A stretch of 53,013 nucleotides of DNA from Flavobacteriales bacterium (GCA_045561575.1 JBJKXM010000017.1:1-53013), one strand, 5' to 3'. Positions 1-9,607 are shown, numbered from the stretch's first letter. The notes: a model not told the origin generated them from the letters alone. Made by a program: numbers and translations.

Positions 1-227
1 GAGCTGTATTTGGTATTCCAAATTTCTTTTCAATATTTTATTTTTTGAAAGCTTTACAATCTGATTATTTTATAGATAAATCATATTTAATATTTCCCCT
101 TACAAGTGTTGGTATAGTTGTAACCACAACTATTTTAGGAATGTTGCTTTATAAGGAAATTTTAACAAGAAGAAATCTTATTGGTATTGTAATTGCTATT
201 GTATCAATTTTAATTATTTCTCTTTAA
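1..227 (+). CDS. EamA/DMT-family membrane transporter, C-terminal part (5' truncated by window edge)
   Basis: Frame is open from position 3 (AVFGIPNFFSIFYFLKALQ...). Hydrophobic helices and a DMT-type ending (LLYKE-ILTRRNLIGIVIA). The ORF-track TTG start at 45 is an artefact of truncation. Confidence 0.75.
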   Translation, partial: AVFGIPNFFSIFYFLKALQSDYFIDKSYLIFPLTSVGIVVTTTILGMLLYKEILTRRNLIGIVIAIVSILIISL

Positions 228-841
228 TGTTGTTTAGCACTACATATAATCAAATAACAAATAATTCTAAAGGGATATATAAAGCAAAAGGTTCAAAATT
301 TATTGCATATGCAATTATAGTTAAGTCAGAAGAGCAAGTATTAGATGAAATTAATAAGATTAAAAAATTAGATAAAAATGCTAATCACTATTGTTTTGCT
401 TACATAATTAAACCTGATAAATCTATTGAAAAAGTAAACGATGATGGAGAACCAAAAAACAGTGCGGGAAAACCAATTTTAGGTCAGATCAAATCAAAAG
501 ATTTAACAAACTGCTTAATTGTAGTTGTAAGATACTTTGGGGGAACTAAGCTAGGAATTCCAGGATTAATAAAAGCATATAAATATGCAGCTCTAGAAGC
601 AATACAAAATAATAAAATAGAATGCATAGATATTACTGAAATGTATTCTTTAAAGTTTTCATACGAGGAATTAAATCTAGTCATGAACATTCTAAAAAAT
701 TATAATGCAAATATTATAAATCACAAAAATGATATGATATCTGAGATAGAATGTTCAATAACATTAAAGAATTCAAAAAATTTCTATGATAAAATTTCAA
801 AGAATCATAAAATTGATATAAAATATTTAAAAACAAAATAA
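227..841 (+). CDS. yigZ: YigZ/IMPACT family protein
   Basis: Motifs KGSKFIA, ANHYCFAY, DDGEP..SAG.PIL, VVRYFGGTKLG..GLIKAY. TAATG stop/start overlap with the upstream gene. Confidence 0.92.
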   Translation: MLFSTTYNQITNNSKGIYKAKGSKFIAYAIIVKSEEQVLDEINKIKKLDKNANHYCFAYIIKPDKSIEKVNDDGEPKNSAGKPILGQIKSKDLTNCLIVVVRYFGGTKLGIPGLIKAYKYAALEAIQNNKIECIDITEMYSLKFSYEELNLVMNILKNYNANIINHKNDMISEIECSITLKNSKNFYDKISKNHKIDIKYLKTK

Positions 842-1749
842 TGAAACTATTAAAAAAACTATGTAGTATTCATGCTCCATCTGGAGAAGAAAATAATATT
901 AGTGAGTTTATAATTGAGTACGTAAACTCAAATATGCAAAATTGGAAAGTAAAACCTAAAATTTACAGTGGTGATGGATTCCAAGATAGTATTATATTAA
1001 GTTTTGGACAGCCCAAAACAGCTATATATGCACACATGGACAGTATTGGTTTTACAGTAAAATATAATAATGAAATTATAAAAATAGGAGGACCTGTTGT
1101 TAAAAATGGAACAGAATTAGTTGGATCTGATAGTAAAGGAAAAGTTGAAGGAAAAGTTATTAAAAAAAATGAAAAGATATTTATTGATTTTAATAGAGAA
1201 ATTGATAGAGGTACCTCACTAACTTTTAAGATGATTTTTATAGAAAGTAATGATTATATCCAGTCATGCTATTTAGATAATAGATTAGGTGTATGGAACG
1301 CATTAAAGGTAGCAGAAAAATTAGAAAATGGAATAATAGTATTTTCATGTTGGGAAGAACATGGTGGTGGATCTGTTGGGTTTCTTACAAACTTTATACA
1401 TACAAAATATAATATAAGTCAAGCACTAATTTCTGATATAACCTGGGTAACAGAAGGAGTTAAAGCTGGTGAAGGAGTAGCAATTTCATTGAGAGATAGT
1501 GGTATTCCAAGAAAGAAATTTGTCAATAAAATTATTGATCTTGCTAAAAAAAATAATATTTCATATCAACTAGAAGTAGAATCTAGTGGAGGAAGTGATG
1601 GAAACGAAATTCAAAAAAGTCCATTTCCAGTTGATTGGTGTTTTATTGGTGCTGCTGAAAAAAATGTTCATAGCCCAAAAGAGAAAGTTCATAAAGATGA
1701 TATAAAATCAATGGTTGAGATTTATGAGATGCTAATGAAAGAATTATAG
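841..1749 (+). CDS. M42/M20-clan metallopeptidase (FrvX-like aminopeptidase)
   Basis: APSGEE, AHMD, LDNRLG, EEHGGG, SDITW, GGSDG and HSPKE metal/catalytic motifs. Confidence 0.85.
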   Translation: MKLLKKLCSIHAPSGEENNISEFIIEYVNSNMQNWKVKPKIYSGDGFQDSIILSFGQPKTAIYAHMDSIGFTVKYNNEIIKIGGPVVKNGTELVGSDSKGKVEGKVIKKNEKIFIDFNREIDRGTSLTFKMIFIESNDYIQSCYLDNRLGVWNALKVAEKLENGIIVFSCWEEHGGGSVGFLTNFIHTKYNISQALISDITWVTEGVKAGEGVAISLRDSGIPRKKFVNKIIDLAKKNNISYQLEVESSGGSDGNEIQKSPFPVDWCFIGAAEKNVHSPKEKVHKDDIKSMVEIYEMLMKEL

Positions 1750-1750
1750 A

Positions 1751-2803
1751 CTAATTTTTAAATTTAATATCTAATACTTTACCAGAGACAGATAAGGTAT
1801 CAACCATCATAGAAAGATTTATATTATACTTATATATTTTGCCCGAATTATTAAGATCATTCATATATAATATATTAGAATATGCATCGGTAGTATCATT
1901 AACTGCATATTTTTCTGTAGTAATATTTAATACATCAGATTCAATTGGAATTACCATATTTACATTAGTCATCTGTGTATTTGTTCTGTAAATACCTCCA
2001 TTAGCTGTAAAATAAAAATTATTTCCATTTGAAGTTTCAACTAAATTATTTGCATTATAAATAGATGAAAGATTTTGTGAAAAATTGATTAGTAAATCAG
2101 ATGGATATATATTGTAAAAAGATGATTCAATATTATTTGACGGATTATTTTCATCATAAACTCCAGAACATAAAACTTTAATGTTTCCTGTAGCTATTGC
2201 AGAGTTAGGATTCTTACCTACAACTAAATTACCAGAAATATCTGCAAGAGGAATTAGATCATCTTTATAAGTAACAGTAACTAAAGTACTATCATAATTA
2301 TTTGAATCTCCTCCATTCAAAATAAATGATTTATCAAATTTATTAATTATAAATGCAGGTGATGTTCCCTCACCCGTTTCTATTTCTGAAATTATTCTAA
2401 AGTCATTAAGGTCAACAACTTTAACTAAAGATTCTGCTTTGTCAGTAACAAATGCCCTATTTTGTGTAACAATTGCACACCCAGCAGGATCTGAAAAGCC
2501 GTCAACTTGTCCAAGTAGTTGAAGAGTGTTAATATCAGTTGAATAAAAATCATCTCCAACTATATATAATTTGCTACCATAAATTTCTATGGTCTTTGGG
2601 TTTATGATTGATAATCCATTGACATTAGAAAATATTCCACTTTTTAATGAACTGGTATTTTTTTTAATAAAATTTAATCCATTATCTGATAAAATATAGG
2701 TTCCATTGCCATAACTATTTGAATAACTTATTGGCTCTGGATCCTTTTCACAGGATACAAAAACAAATAAAAGAAGAGATATTAAAAAAGTATTTTTAAA
2801 CAT
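1751..2803 (-). CDS. Surface lipoprotein, YncE/YVTN-like beta-propeller (BtuG-like)
   Basis: Lipobox FVSC followed by the acidic segment EKDPE. Repeated blade-like segments (KLYIVG, RAFVTD, VKVVDLND, FYFTANG). Confidence 0.6.
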   Translation of the reverse strand: MFKNTFLISLLLFVFVSCEKDPEPISYSNSYGNGTYILSDNGLNFIKKNTSSLKSGIFSNVNGLSIINPKTIEIYGSKLYIVGDDFYSTDINTLQLLGQVDGFSDPAGCAIVTQNRAFVTDKAESLVKVVDLNDFRIISEIETGEGTSPAFIINKFDKSFILNGGDSNNYDSTLVTVTYKDDLIPLADISGNLVVGKNPNSAIATGNIKVLCSGVYDENNPSNNIESSFYNIYPSDLLINFSQNLSSIYNANNLVETSNGNNFYFTANGGIYRTNTQMTNVNMVIPIESDVLNITTEKYAVNDTTDAYSNILYMNDLNNSGKIYKYNINLSMMVDTLSVSGKVLDIKFKN

Positions 2804-2809
2804 ATTTTA

Positions 2810-2817
2810 CAAATATA
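2810..2817 (-). promoter_or_regulatory. Bacteroidota sigma-70 -7 element (TATATTTG)
   Basis: Matches TAnnTTTG, 6 nt before the ATG at 2803. Confidence 0.7.
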
Positions 2818-2823
2818 GATGAA

Positions 2824-5800
2824 TTAATTTTTAGTAATTATCTCAACAATTTTTGTGTTCTCAAATATTAGTTTGATGTAATATATTCCTTTGGAAAATT
2901 CTGAAATATTAAATTGTTGAGAAAAATCTTGATTTCCATCTAATATTTCATGTCTTAATATCTCTTGACCTAGTGTATTTTCAAAAATTATTATAAAACT
3001 TTGAGATCTGTAATTTTTAAATTCAATATTTAAATAATCATTAGTTGGGTTTGGATATATTTTTACATTATCAAAAATGTTATTTTCTATTAAAGAAATA
3101 ACATCTATTTGATAAAAAACAGTATCGGCAAAACATCCAGCTTGATCCTCAACCACTAAAAAATAGTTTCCGCTAATTGTTGGGGTAAAGACACCCGTTC
3201 CATTATTGTTGTTTGAATTAAATACCATGCCATTAGGTCCAAATAATTGTATATTATAAGGAGGTGAACCTGCATTAACATTATAATTTAAATTTCCATT
3301 ATTTTCATTCATACTTGCAATAGGAATTGATTGATCAATAGTTGTATAAATGATACTATCACAATTGTAGGTAGATAAAATAGTATCTGTAAAAGATCCA
3401 GAACTATTATAAATATTATTTCCTATTAAAACACTATCTCCTTCACATATGGTATATGTTAGATACTCATAAAGAGTTGGGTATACAGTTAAGCTAGTAC
3501 TAATAATACTATCACATCCACTTGATGAATATAATGTATCAGAATAAGTACCAGGAGCAAAATAACTGCTATTTCCAACAAAAACAGTATCACCATAACA
3601 TACGTTTGCTATGTTATTTGACACATAATTATTATTTACAAAAATTTGAGTGTAAACAACACTATCGCAACCATTAAAAGAGATTAATGTATCAATATAA
3701 TAACCAGATTGACTATAGATATTACTTCCTATTGTATAATTTTCACCATTACACAAGTAAACTGATTGCTGAAAGCCTGAACTATTTAAAACAGTTAAAT
3801 TGGTATTAATTATACTATCACATCCCCCAAACGTAACTGTGTCAGAATAATTTCCACTAATTGAATAAGTACTTGAACCAACAGTATATGATTGCCCACT
3901 ACAAATTGTAATATTTTGATTATTTGTACTTGAATTCCCTATAAATAAGCTTGTGTTTATAATACTATCACAACCACCAATAGTTAATAGAGTATCAATA
4001 TAAATACCTGGGTTTGAATAATAATTAGAACCAATTAAAATACTATCTCCGCTACAGATGGATAGAGAATCTGAACTAATAGATATCGGATTAACAGAAA
4101 TATTAGACTGAGAAACATTAGACAAACATGATTGAACTTCAATTTCCCAATCATAAAAGAAATAATAATATCCTAGAGATGCATTTGTTCCTGTAATGGA
4201 AACAATATTTGAGATATTATAGGGAAAAACAGCACCATTATCATTTCTGAAAAGATCGCTATTTGATCCATTAATTCCTAACTGCAAATTATTTTCCACA
4301 GGAAGATCAAAATTCAAATTGATTCTTGTTCCTTGTGGAGAATAAGGAATAAAAATCAAAGTATCCTGTAAAACAAGGTTACTAGAATTTCTAAGTTCAA
4401 TATGACGCACAGAATCAGAGTTAGCGTAAACAATAACAGAAACTAATTTAGATGGTCTAAAGTTATCAAAAACTAAGTGTCTATTTCCTTGATAATATCC
4501 TCCTGAACCAAATGTATTATTATTCGGCCCTCCAAATATATTATCAAAAGTTAATTCATTCCTTGAATAAAAAGTCGTAGAATTATTTAATGTAGATATA
4601 GTTAAAGTTGAACCTGTGTCAATAAAGTTTGTTAATAATGAATCAGAATACCAATTAATAACTCCAAAATCAGAAAATGCATTTAAAGTAGCATTTTCTC
4701 CCTGACAGACTGTAACATTTGTTGAAGAAATATTATCATCAAAAACAGAAATATAATTATTATATGAAATCGAATCAATTCCATATTGATTAGAAGTTAA
4801 CAAAGAAACAGTATATCTTCCTGGATTTGAATAAGTATGTGTAGGGTTTTGAAGTATGGAGGTAGCTCCATCACCAAAACTCCAAAACCATGAATTTGGA
4901 CCGTTCATAGACAAATCAGTAAAGGAAACGGTTCCATTACATGTTACAGAATCACTAACACTAAATTGAGTGCTTGGTGCAATTTGAGGAAAAGTACAAG
5001 ACCAACTAGCTTCAAATCCTCTTCCATTAACTGCTTGATCAGCATGAAGATATACTGTTATTGCTCCACCTGAGGATATAATAGTACCTGGACTTCCCGT
5101 TAAAGCATTACAATATTGACCCAAGGAAGGTGAAGAAGTGTCAGCACCATCAAAAATTTCAAGATAATCCCAATTACAATAAGTTTGAGATGAAGGAGCT
5201 TCAATATCAAAATCAGTAAAGTTTAAAGTAATCTGATTACTTCCAGGCGGTGCGATTGTTATCCAAGCATTATTATTGTCATAATAATTGCCATTAGGCC
5301 CTCCAACATCATATAAAGTACCATTACAATTTGTTTGTAAAATACCATTACCACTAGCAGGAAGAGTTATGATACATGGGTTATTTTGATTGATATTAAT
5401 GATTGATTGATATACTACACTATCAACGCCTAAAGGTCCAGATGAAACTAAAGAAACTGTGTAAGTACCAAAGTTTGAATATGTGTGAGAAGGATTAGTT
5501 GAAGTACTAAAATTTCCATCACCAAAATCCCAATAATAGGAGTTAGAATAATAAGAAGTATTGGTGAAATTAACTGTAGCTGGTACATTACAAAAAACTG
5601 AATCATCAACATTAAAATTTGCTAAAGGTGGTGAAGTAATTAATAAATCAATACTCCATAAGCCTCTACCATATGTAGCAGCTATTAATTTATTTGATGG
5701 ATATTGAATCTCTAGTTCAGAAACTATAACATTAGGAAGTGAATTATTATTGAAATTGTTCCAATCGCTAGCTGTAGAATCTTTTATAAAAACTCCCAAG

Positions 5801-7893
5801 TCAGTTCCTAAATACAGCGTTTCTAAACTATCTAATTCATTTAAAACAACTGTATTTGCTGGAACATTTGGAAGAGTTCCACTAATATTATTCCATGAAG
5901 CACCTCCATCATCAGAAAAATAAACTTTTTCATTATTTGAATAACCTGAAAATGCAAGCCATATTCTATTTTCATCACTTGGATGAATAGCTATACTAGT
6001 TATTGTTTTATTAGGTAATGAAGATGAAACATTAGTCCAATTATTACCACCATCATCAGTCTTAAATATGTTAGCATTATCAGAAAAATAAATTACATCA
6101 GGGTTAGATTTAGAGATTTGTACTTGATCAATTTTACCACCATTTGTTTCATTATTAGTAATGATATTCCATGATCCTCCTCCATCTGTTGATTTGTAAA
6201 GTTCTTCATAACCAATAAATATAGTATTTGGAACATTTCTATCTAGTATGTAAGGAGTTACCCATGCCCCATTGCTGGCTGGAGCAATAGAAGAAAAACT
6301 ATTTCCTCCATTTGTTGATTTTCTAATATCACCGTAGTATACAGATCCATACATGATATCTTCATCACTGTAATCAATTATACACTCCATTCCATCTCCA
6401 CCAATAACTGCATCCCAATTCAGATTATTTTTTAAAAAAGTACCATTATCTTGAGTACCACCAATTACCAAGTCTTGAACAGTCTGAGAAACACCAAGCC
6501 TATAAAACTGTGTAATTTGTAAGCCATCAGAGATATCTGTCCAGTTATTTCCATCATCATCAGAATAATATAATCCTCCATCATTAGCTGAATAAACTTT
6601 GTTATCCAAAGTATTATATTGTAACATATGTTCATCAGCATGCATATAATTAGCTCCACCACCACCATACCAGTGTGTATTTAGGGACCAATTAATTCCT
6701 CCATCAGTAGATTTCCAACAATTAACACCACCAACAAAAACCATATTTTCATCCTGTGGTGATACTGTTAATGCTAAATCATACCATGCCTGACCACCAC
6801 TATCAGAACCAGTAGTAGACCAACCTAATAAATTTGGGGAGCTTGATTGAAGACTCCAACTATTTCCCTCATCACTCGACTTATACAAACCATAATAACC
6901 ATTACTATTATTACCAAACAAAGCATATATAACGTTCGGATTATCATTTGTAACAGCAATACAAGCTCTTCTTACATCATTAGTGGAAGGAAGGCCAGAA
7001 CCAGATTGAGACCAATTAATTCCATTATCAATAGATTTATAAACAGAGGTATTACCTTTTGAACCTGCAAAAATTATATTAGAGTTTGTGGTATGAAATT
7101 CCATACTAACAAAATTCTCTCCTGGAAATGTGTGAACAAAATTATCTCCACCATCTACTGATCTATATACTCCATTGCTAGTAGCAACAATTACAACATC
7201 AGGATTTATTGGATCAATTAAAATTCTATTTCCTCGATAAGAAGAAGTTACATTAAATGATAATCCAGTTGTTTGCCATGATAGACCACCATCATAGGAA
7301 CGCATTACACCATAAGCATAAGTGTCACCACCATCTCTATCACCAGTTACGATAAAGAGAGTATCAGGATTAAATGGGTGAACAGCAATATCAGAAACAC
7401 CTAAATTAGTTAGAAAATCAGTACTTGTTGTCCAAGTTTGACCTCCATTTATTGATTTCCAAAATCCTCCAGCTGGAGCTCCTACATATAAAATATCCGG
7501 GTTTGTTGGATGAAAAACTATAGAATTCAATCTTCCAATTCCTCTTTTTCTACCACTTCCTTCTAAAGGAACATTATCAGGCCCTACTTGAGTCCAGACA
7601 TTTGGCGGCATCATTCTAAAGCTAGTGTTCATAGAATTTAACCTTTCCCTTTCTTCAAAAAGTAATTGAGGTTGTAAATTCCCATCAGGATATACTCTTT
7701 GTTCAACAAAATTTTCCCATCTCTTGAACTGTTTCCACCCCTTACCTTTTTCAATTGTTTTACCTTCCCAAAAACTATTAAAAGCATTTTGAGTTTGATA
7801 AAAATTATTAGATGGATCCTGCATCATATCAACCCAATTTTGAGAAAGAGTCAAAAACGGGAACATTATAAATATTAATAATATTCTATTCAT
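2824..7893 (-). CDS. Large T9SS-secreted protein: BNR/VPS10-like propeller region + PKD + CUB + PKD + Ig-like + five Cys-Asp-Ser repeats + type A CTD
   Basis: Signal peptide; many SxDGGxxW (Asp-box) repeats; PKD motifs YYWDFGDG and WFWSFGDG; CUB segment (CNGTLYDVGGPNGNY...WDYLEIFDG...RGFEASWSC); C-terminal KIYPNPT...SKGIYYIKL. Confidence 0.85.
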   Translation of the reverse strand: MNRILLIFIMFPFLTLSQNWVDMMQDPSNNFYQTQNAFNSFWEGKTIEKGKGWKQFKRWENFVEQRVYPDGNLQPQLLFEERERLNSMNTSFRMMPPNVWTQVGPDNVPLEGSGRKRGIGRLNSIVFHPTNPDILYVGAPAGGFWKSINGGQTWTTSTDFLTNLGVSDIAVHPFNPDTLFIVTGDRDGGDTYAYGVMRSYDGGLSWQTTGLSFNVTSSYRGNRILIDPINPDVVIVATSNGVYRSVDGGDNFVHTFPGENFVSMEFHTTNSNIIFAGSKGNTSVYKSIDNGINWSQSGSGLPSTNDVRRACIAVTNDNPNVIYALFGNNSNGYYGLYKSSDEGNSWSLQSSSPNLLGWSTTGSDSGGQAWYDLALTVSPQDENMVFVGGVNCWKSTDGGINWSLNTHWYGGGGANYMHADEHMLQYNTLDNKVYSANDGGLYYSDDDGNNWTDISDGLQITQFYRLGVSQTVQDLVIGGTQDNGTFLKNNLNWDAVIGGDGMECIIDYSDEDIMYGSVYYGDIRKSTNGGNSFSSIAPASNGAWVTPYILDRNVPNTIFIGYEELYKSTDGGGSWNIITNNETNGGKIDQVQISKSNPDVIYFSDNANIFKTDDGGNNWTNVSSSLPNKTITSIAIHPSDENRIWLAFSGYSNNEKVYFSDDGGASWNNISGTLPNVPANTVVLNELDSLETLYLGTDLGVFIKDSTASDWNNFNNNSLPNVIVSELEIQYPSNKLIAATYGRGLWSIDLLITSPPLANFNVDDSVFCNVPATVNFTNTSYYSNSYYWDFGDGNFSTSTNPSHTYSNFGTYTVSLVSSGPLGVDSVVYQSIININQNNPCIITLPASGNGILQTNCNGTLYDVGGPNGNYYDNNNAWITIAPPGSNQITLNFTDFDIEAPSSQTYCNWDYLEIFDGADTSSPSLGQYCNALTGSPGTIISSGGAITVYLHADQAVNGRGFEASWSCTFPQIAPSTQFSVSDSVTCNGTVSFTDLSMNGPNSWFWSFGDGATSILQNPTHTYSNPGRYTVSLLTSNQYGIDSISYNNYISVFDDNISSTNVTVCQGENATLNAFSDFGVINWYSDSLLTNFIDTGSTLTISTLNNSTTFYSRNELTFDNIFGGPNNNTFGSGGYYQGNRHLVFDNFRPSKLVSVIVYANSDSVRHIELRNSSNLVLQDTLIFIPYSPQGTRINLNFDLPVENNLQLGINGSNSDLFRNDNGAVFPYNISNIVSITGTNASLGYYYFFYDWEIEVQSCLSNVSQSNISVNPISISSDSLSICSGDSILIGSNYYSNPGIYIDTLLTIGGCDSIINTSLFIGNSSTNNQNITICSGQSYTVGSSTYSISGNYSDTVTFGGCDSIINTNLTVLNSSGFQQSVYLCNGENYTIGSNIYSQSGYYIDTLISFNGCDSVVYTQIFVNNNYVSNNIANVCYGDTVFVGNSSYFAPGTYSDTLYSSSGCDSIISTSLTVYPTLYEYLTYTICEGDSVLIGNNIYNSSGSFTDTILSTYNCDSIIYTTIDQSIPIASMNENNGNLNYNVNAGSPPYNIQLFGPNGMVFNSNNNNGTGVFTPTISGNYFLVVEDQAGCFADTVFYQIDVISLIENNIFDNVKIYPNPTNDYLNIEFKNYRSQSFIIIFENTLGQEILRHEILDGNQDFSQQFNISEFSKGIYYIKLIFENTKIVEIITKN
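3335..4075 (-). repeat. Five tandem ~50-51 aa repeats (C.G.S...G...Y...G.Y.DT.....GCDS) inside the T9SS protein
   Basis: The DNA anchor ctatc(a/g)ca occurs at 3356, 3509, 3662, 3815 and 3965 (spacing 153, 153, 153, 150 bp). Confidence 0.9.
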
Positions 7894-7895
7894 TT

Positions 7896-9014
7896 CTAAT
7901 TGTTTTTAATTAAATCTATATTTATTTTTTTAACTAATGATGGTCCCTGATAAATAAATCCAGTATAGATCTGTACCAAATCAGCTCCAGCTTCTAATTT
8001 TTCTATTGCATCCTTTGAACACGATATTCCTCCAACTCCTATTATAGCAAAAGATTTTTTTGACTTTAAAGATAAATATCTAATAACTTCTGTAGATCTA
8101 TCTTTTAAAGGTTTTCCACTTAATCCACCATTACCAATTTCATCAATTTTAATTTTGACTGTCTTTAGATTATCTCTATTTATTGTTGTATTAGTAGCTA
8201 CAACGCCGTCTAAGCGTGTTTCTTTGATAATCTCTATTATATCGTCTAATTGAGTATTTGTTAAGTCAGGAGCTATTTTTAATAGCAAAGGTTTTGGATT
8301 AGATTTTGAATGGTTTAACTTCTGTAAGTGATTTAAAAGTTTGGTTAAAGGCTCTTTATCCTGTAAATCTCTTAGACCTGGAGTATTTGGAGAACTAACA
8401 TTAACTACAAAATAGTCTACGTAATCAAATAATTTTTCAAAACAAATCTCATAATCATTAATAGCTGACTCATTTGGTGTAAGCTTATTTTTACCAATAT
8501 TTCCCCCTACTATAATTTTAGATTTTTTTCTTCTTAATCTGGATGTAACTGCTTCAACACCATCATTGTTAAAACCCATTCTATTAATTACTGCATTATC
8601 TTTTGGAAGTCTAAATAATCTTGGTTTTGGATTACCATCTTGAGCTAATGGCGTAACAGTTCCTATTTCAACAAAGCCAAATCCAAAAGAACTCAAACCA
8701 TCAAATATTTCAGCATCTTTATCAAATCCAGCTGCAAGCCCAACCGGATTATCAAATGTTATACCAAATACCTTTCTTTTAAGCTTATCATTATCTATTC
8801 TAAAAAAGTATTGCCAAAATGATAAATAATTAGGCAGTAAGAATATGATTTTCAAAAAATGAAAACTTATTTTATGAATTAATTCAGGATCAAAAAGAAA
8901 TAAAATTTTCCTAAGAAATTTATAGCTAGTCAGATAGAAAATTAGTAATAGGAGTAAAAGAAATGAAAATATTAAAAGTAAGTCAGTAGAATATCCAGTA
9001 CCCAATATTATCAT
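7896..9014 (-). CDS. pyrD: Quinone-dependent (class 2) dihydroorotate dehydrogenase
   Basis: [60 protein letters not shown]. Confidence 0.96.
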   Translation of the reverse strand: MIILGTGYSTDLLLIFSFLLLLLLIFYLTSYKFLRKILFLFDPELIHKISFHFLKIIFLLPNYLSFWQYFFRIDNDKLKRKVFGITFDNPVGLAAGFDKDAEIFDGLSSFGFGFVEIGTVTPLAQDGNPKPRLFRLPKDNAVINRMGFNNDGVEAVTSRLRRKKSKIIVGGNIGKNKLTPNESAINDYEICFEKLFDYVDYFVVNVSSPNTPGLRDLQDKEPLTKLLNHLQKLNHSKSNPKPLLLKIAPDLTNTQLDDIIEIIKETRLDGVVATNTTINRDNLKTVKIKIDEIGNGGLSGKPLKDRSTEVIRYLSLKSKKSFAIIGVGGISCSKDAIEKLEAGADLVQIYTGFIYQGPSLVKKINIDLIKNN

Positions 9015-9027
9015 TATTAGTTTTTTA

Positions 9028-9035
9028 CAAAAATA
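9028..9035 (-). promoter_or_regulatory. -7 promoter element for pyrD (TATTTTTG)
   Basis: TAnnTTTG, 13 nt before the ATG at 9014. Confidence 0.65.
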
Positions 9036-9046
9036 AAGTATTGGAT

Positions 9047-9337
9047 TTAATTAGTTAGCTCATCATATGATGAATCTTTATAAAATACAACTACCTTATT
9101 AATTTCTTTTATTTCTCTAGTAGATTCATTAGTATACATAGTTCCAAAGCCAGTTATCAACCAATTCAAATTTAAATTTGGATAAATAGATAGTATTTTT
9201 TCAAGCATATCAATACTTGGTTTATTTCTACCATTAACAATATGAGATATAGATGATCTATTTAAATCCACAAGTTTTGATAAAGAATTAGCATTTAATT
9301 TCTCAGAATCTAACCATAACTTAAATCTTTTATTCAT
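9047..9337 (-). CDS. XRE-family helix-turn-helix protein with Bacteroidota-type C-terminal motif
   Basis: HTH segment [26 protein letters not shown], then LNWLITGFG, and C-terminal [10 protein letters not shown]. Confidence 0.88.
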   Translation of the reverse strand: MNKRFKLWLDSEKLNANSLSKLVDLNRSSISHIVNGRNKPSIDMLEKILSIYPNLNLNWLITGFGTMYTNESTREIKEINKVVVFYKDSSYDELTN

Positions 9338-9342
9338 TTTTA

Positions 9343-9366
9343 TGATGTTTACAATTGTCTACATCA
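9343..9366. promoter_or_regulatory. Imperfect 24-bp palindrome TGATGTTTACAATTGTCTACATCA, candidate XRE operator
   Basis: 10 of 12 positions pair. Only 5 nt separate it from the XRE start codon (9337). Confidence 0.5.
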
Positions 9367-9429
9367 ATATTAAAAAAAATTATTGAATAATTCAAATATT
9401 TATCAATATCTACTTGATTTATTCATATA

Positions 9430-9477
9430 TATAACTTTATATAAACAATATATTATATTGATTTATAATAAGTTATA
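9430..9477. repeat. 48-bp imperfect inverted repeat (hairpin/cruciform potential)
   Basis: Core CAATATA-T-TATATTG; outer arms TATAACTT/AAGTTATA. 21 complementary pairs, 2 mismatched pairs, one bulged base (9461). Confidence 0.6.
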
Positions 9478-9561
9478 ATTAAATATATTTTTTATATCAT
9501 AATTCTCGTTTATTTTATCATTTGATTATTATTAATGTTTAATAATATTATCAAATATTGA

Positions 9562-9579
9562 TTTTAGGCATGCCTAAAA
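9562..9579. promoter_or_regulatory. Perfect 18-bp palindrome TTTTAGGCATGCCTAAAA, probable DtxR/MntR-family operator
   Basis: Perfect dyad with TTAGG...CCTAA half-sites as in DtxR/IdeR boxes. Lies 40 bp upstream of a DtxR-family gene and is the only GC-rich patch in the spacer. Confidence 0.8.
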
Positions 9580-9607
9580 AAAAATTTAATATGTAATAAA
9601 ATTATTG

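Noticed and set aside
3335-4075. CRISPR-like periodic repeat
   Set aside because: The period is 150-153 bp, in frame within a CDS, and only short codon-level identity is shared. It is a protein repeat; no cas genes are present.
9429-9478. Integron attC site (AAC...GTT arms with a bulged base)
   Set aside because: About 50 bp is shorter than typical attC sites, the ends fit RYYYAAC/GTTRRRY poorly, it is a single copy and there is no integrase.
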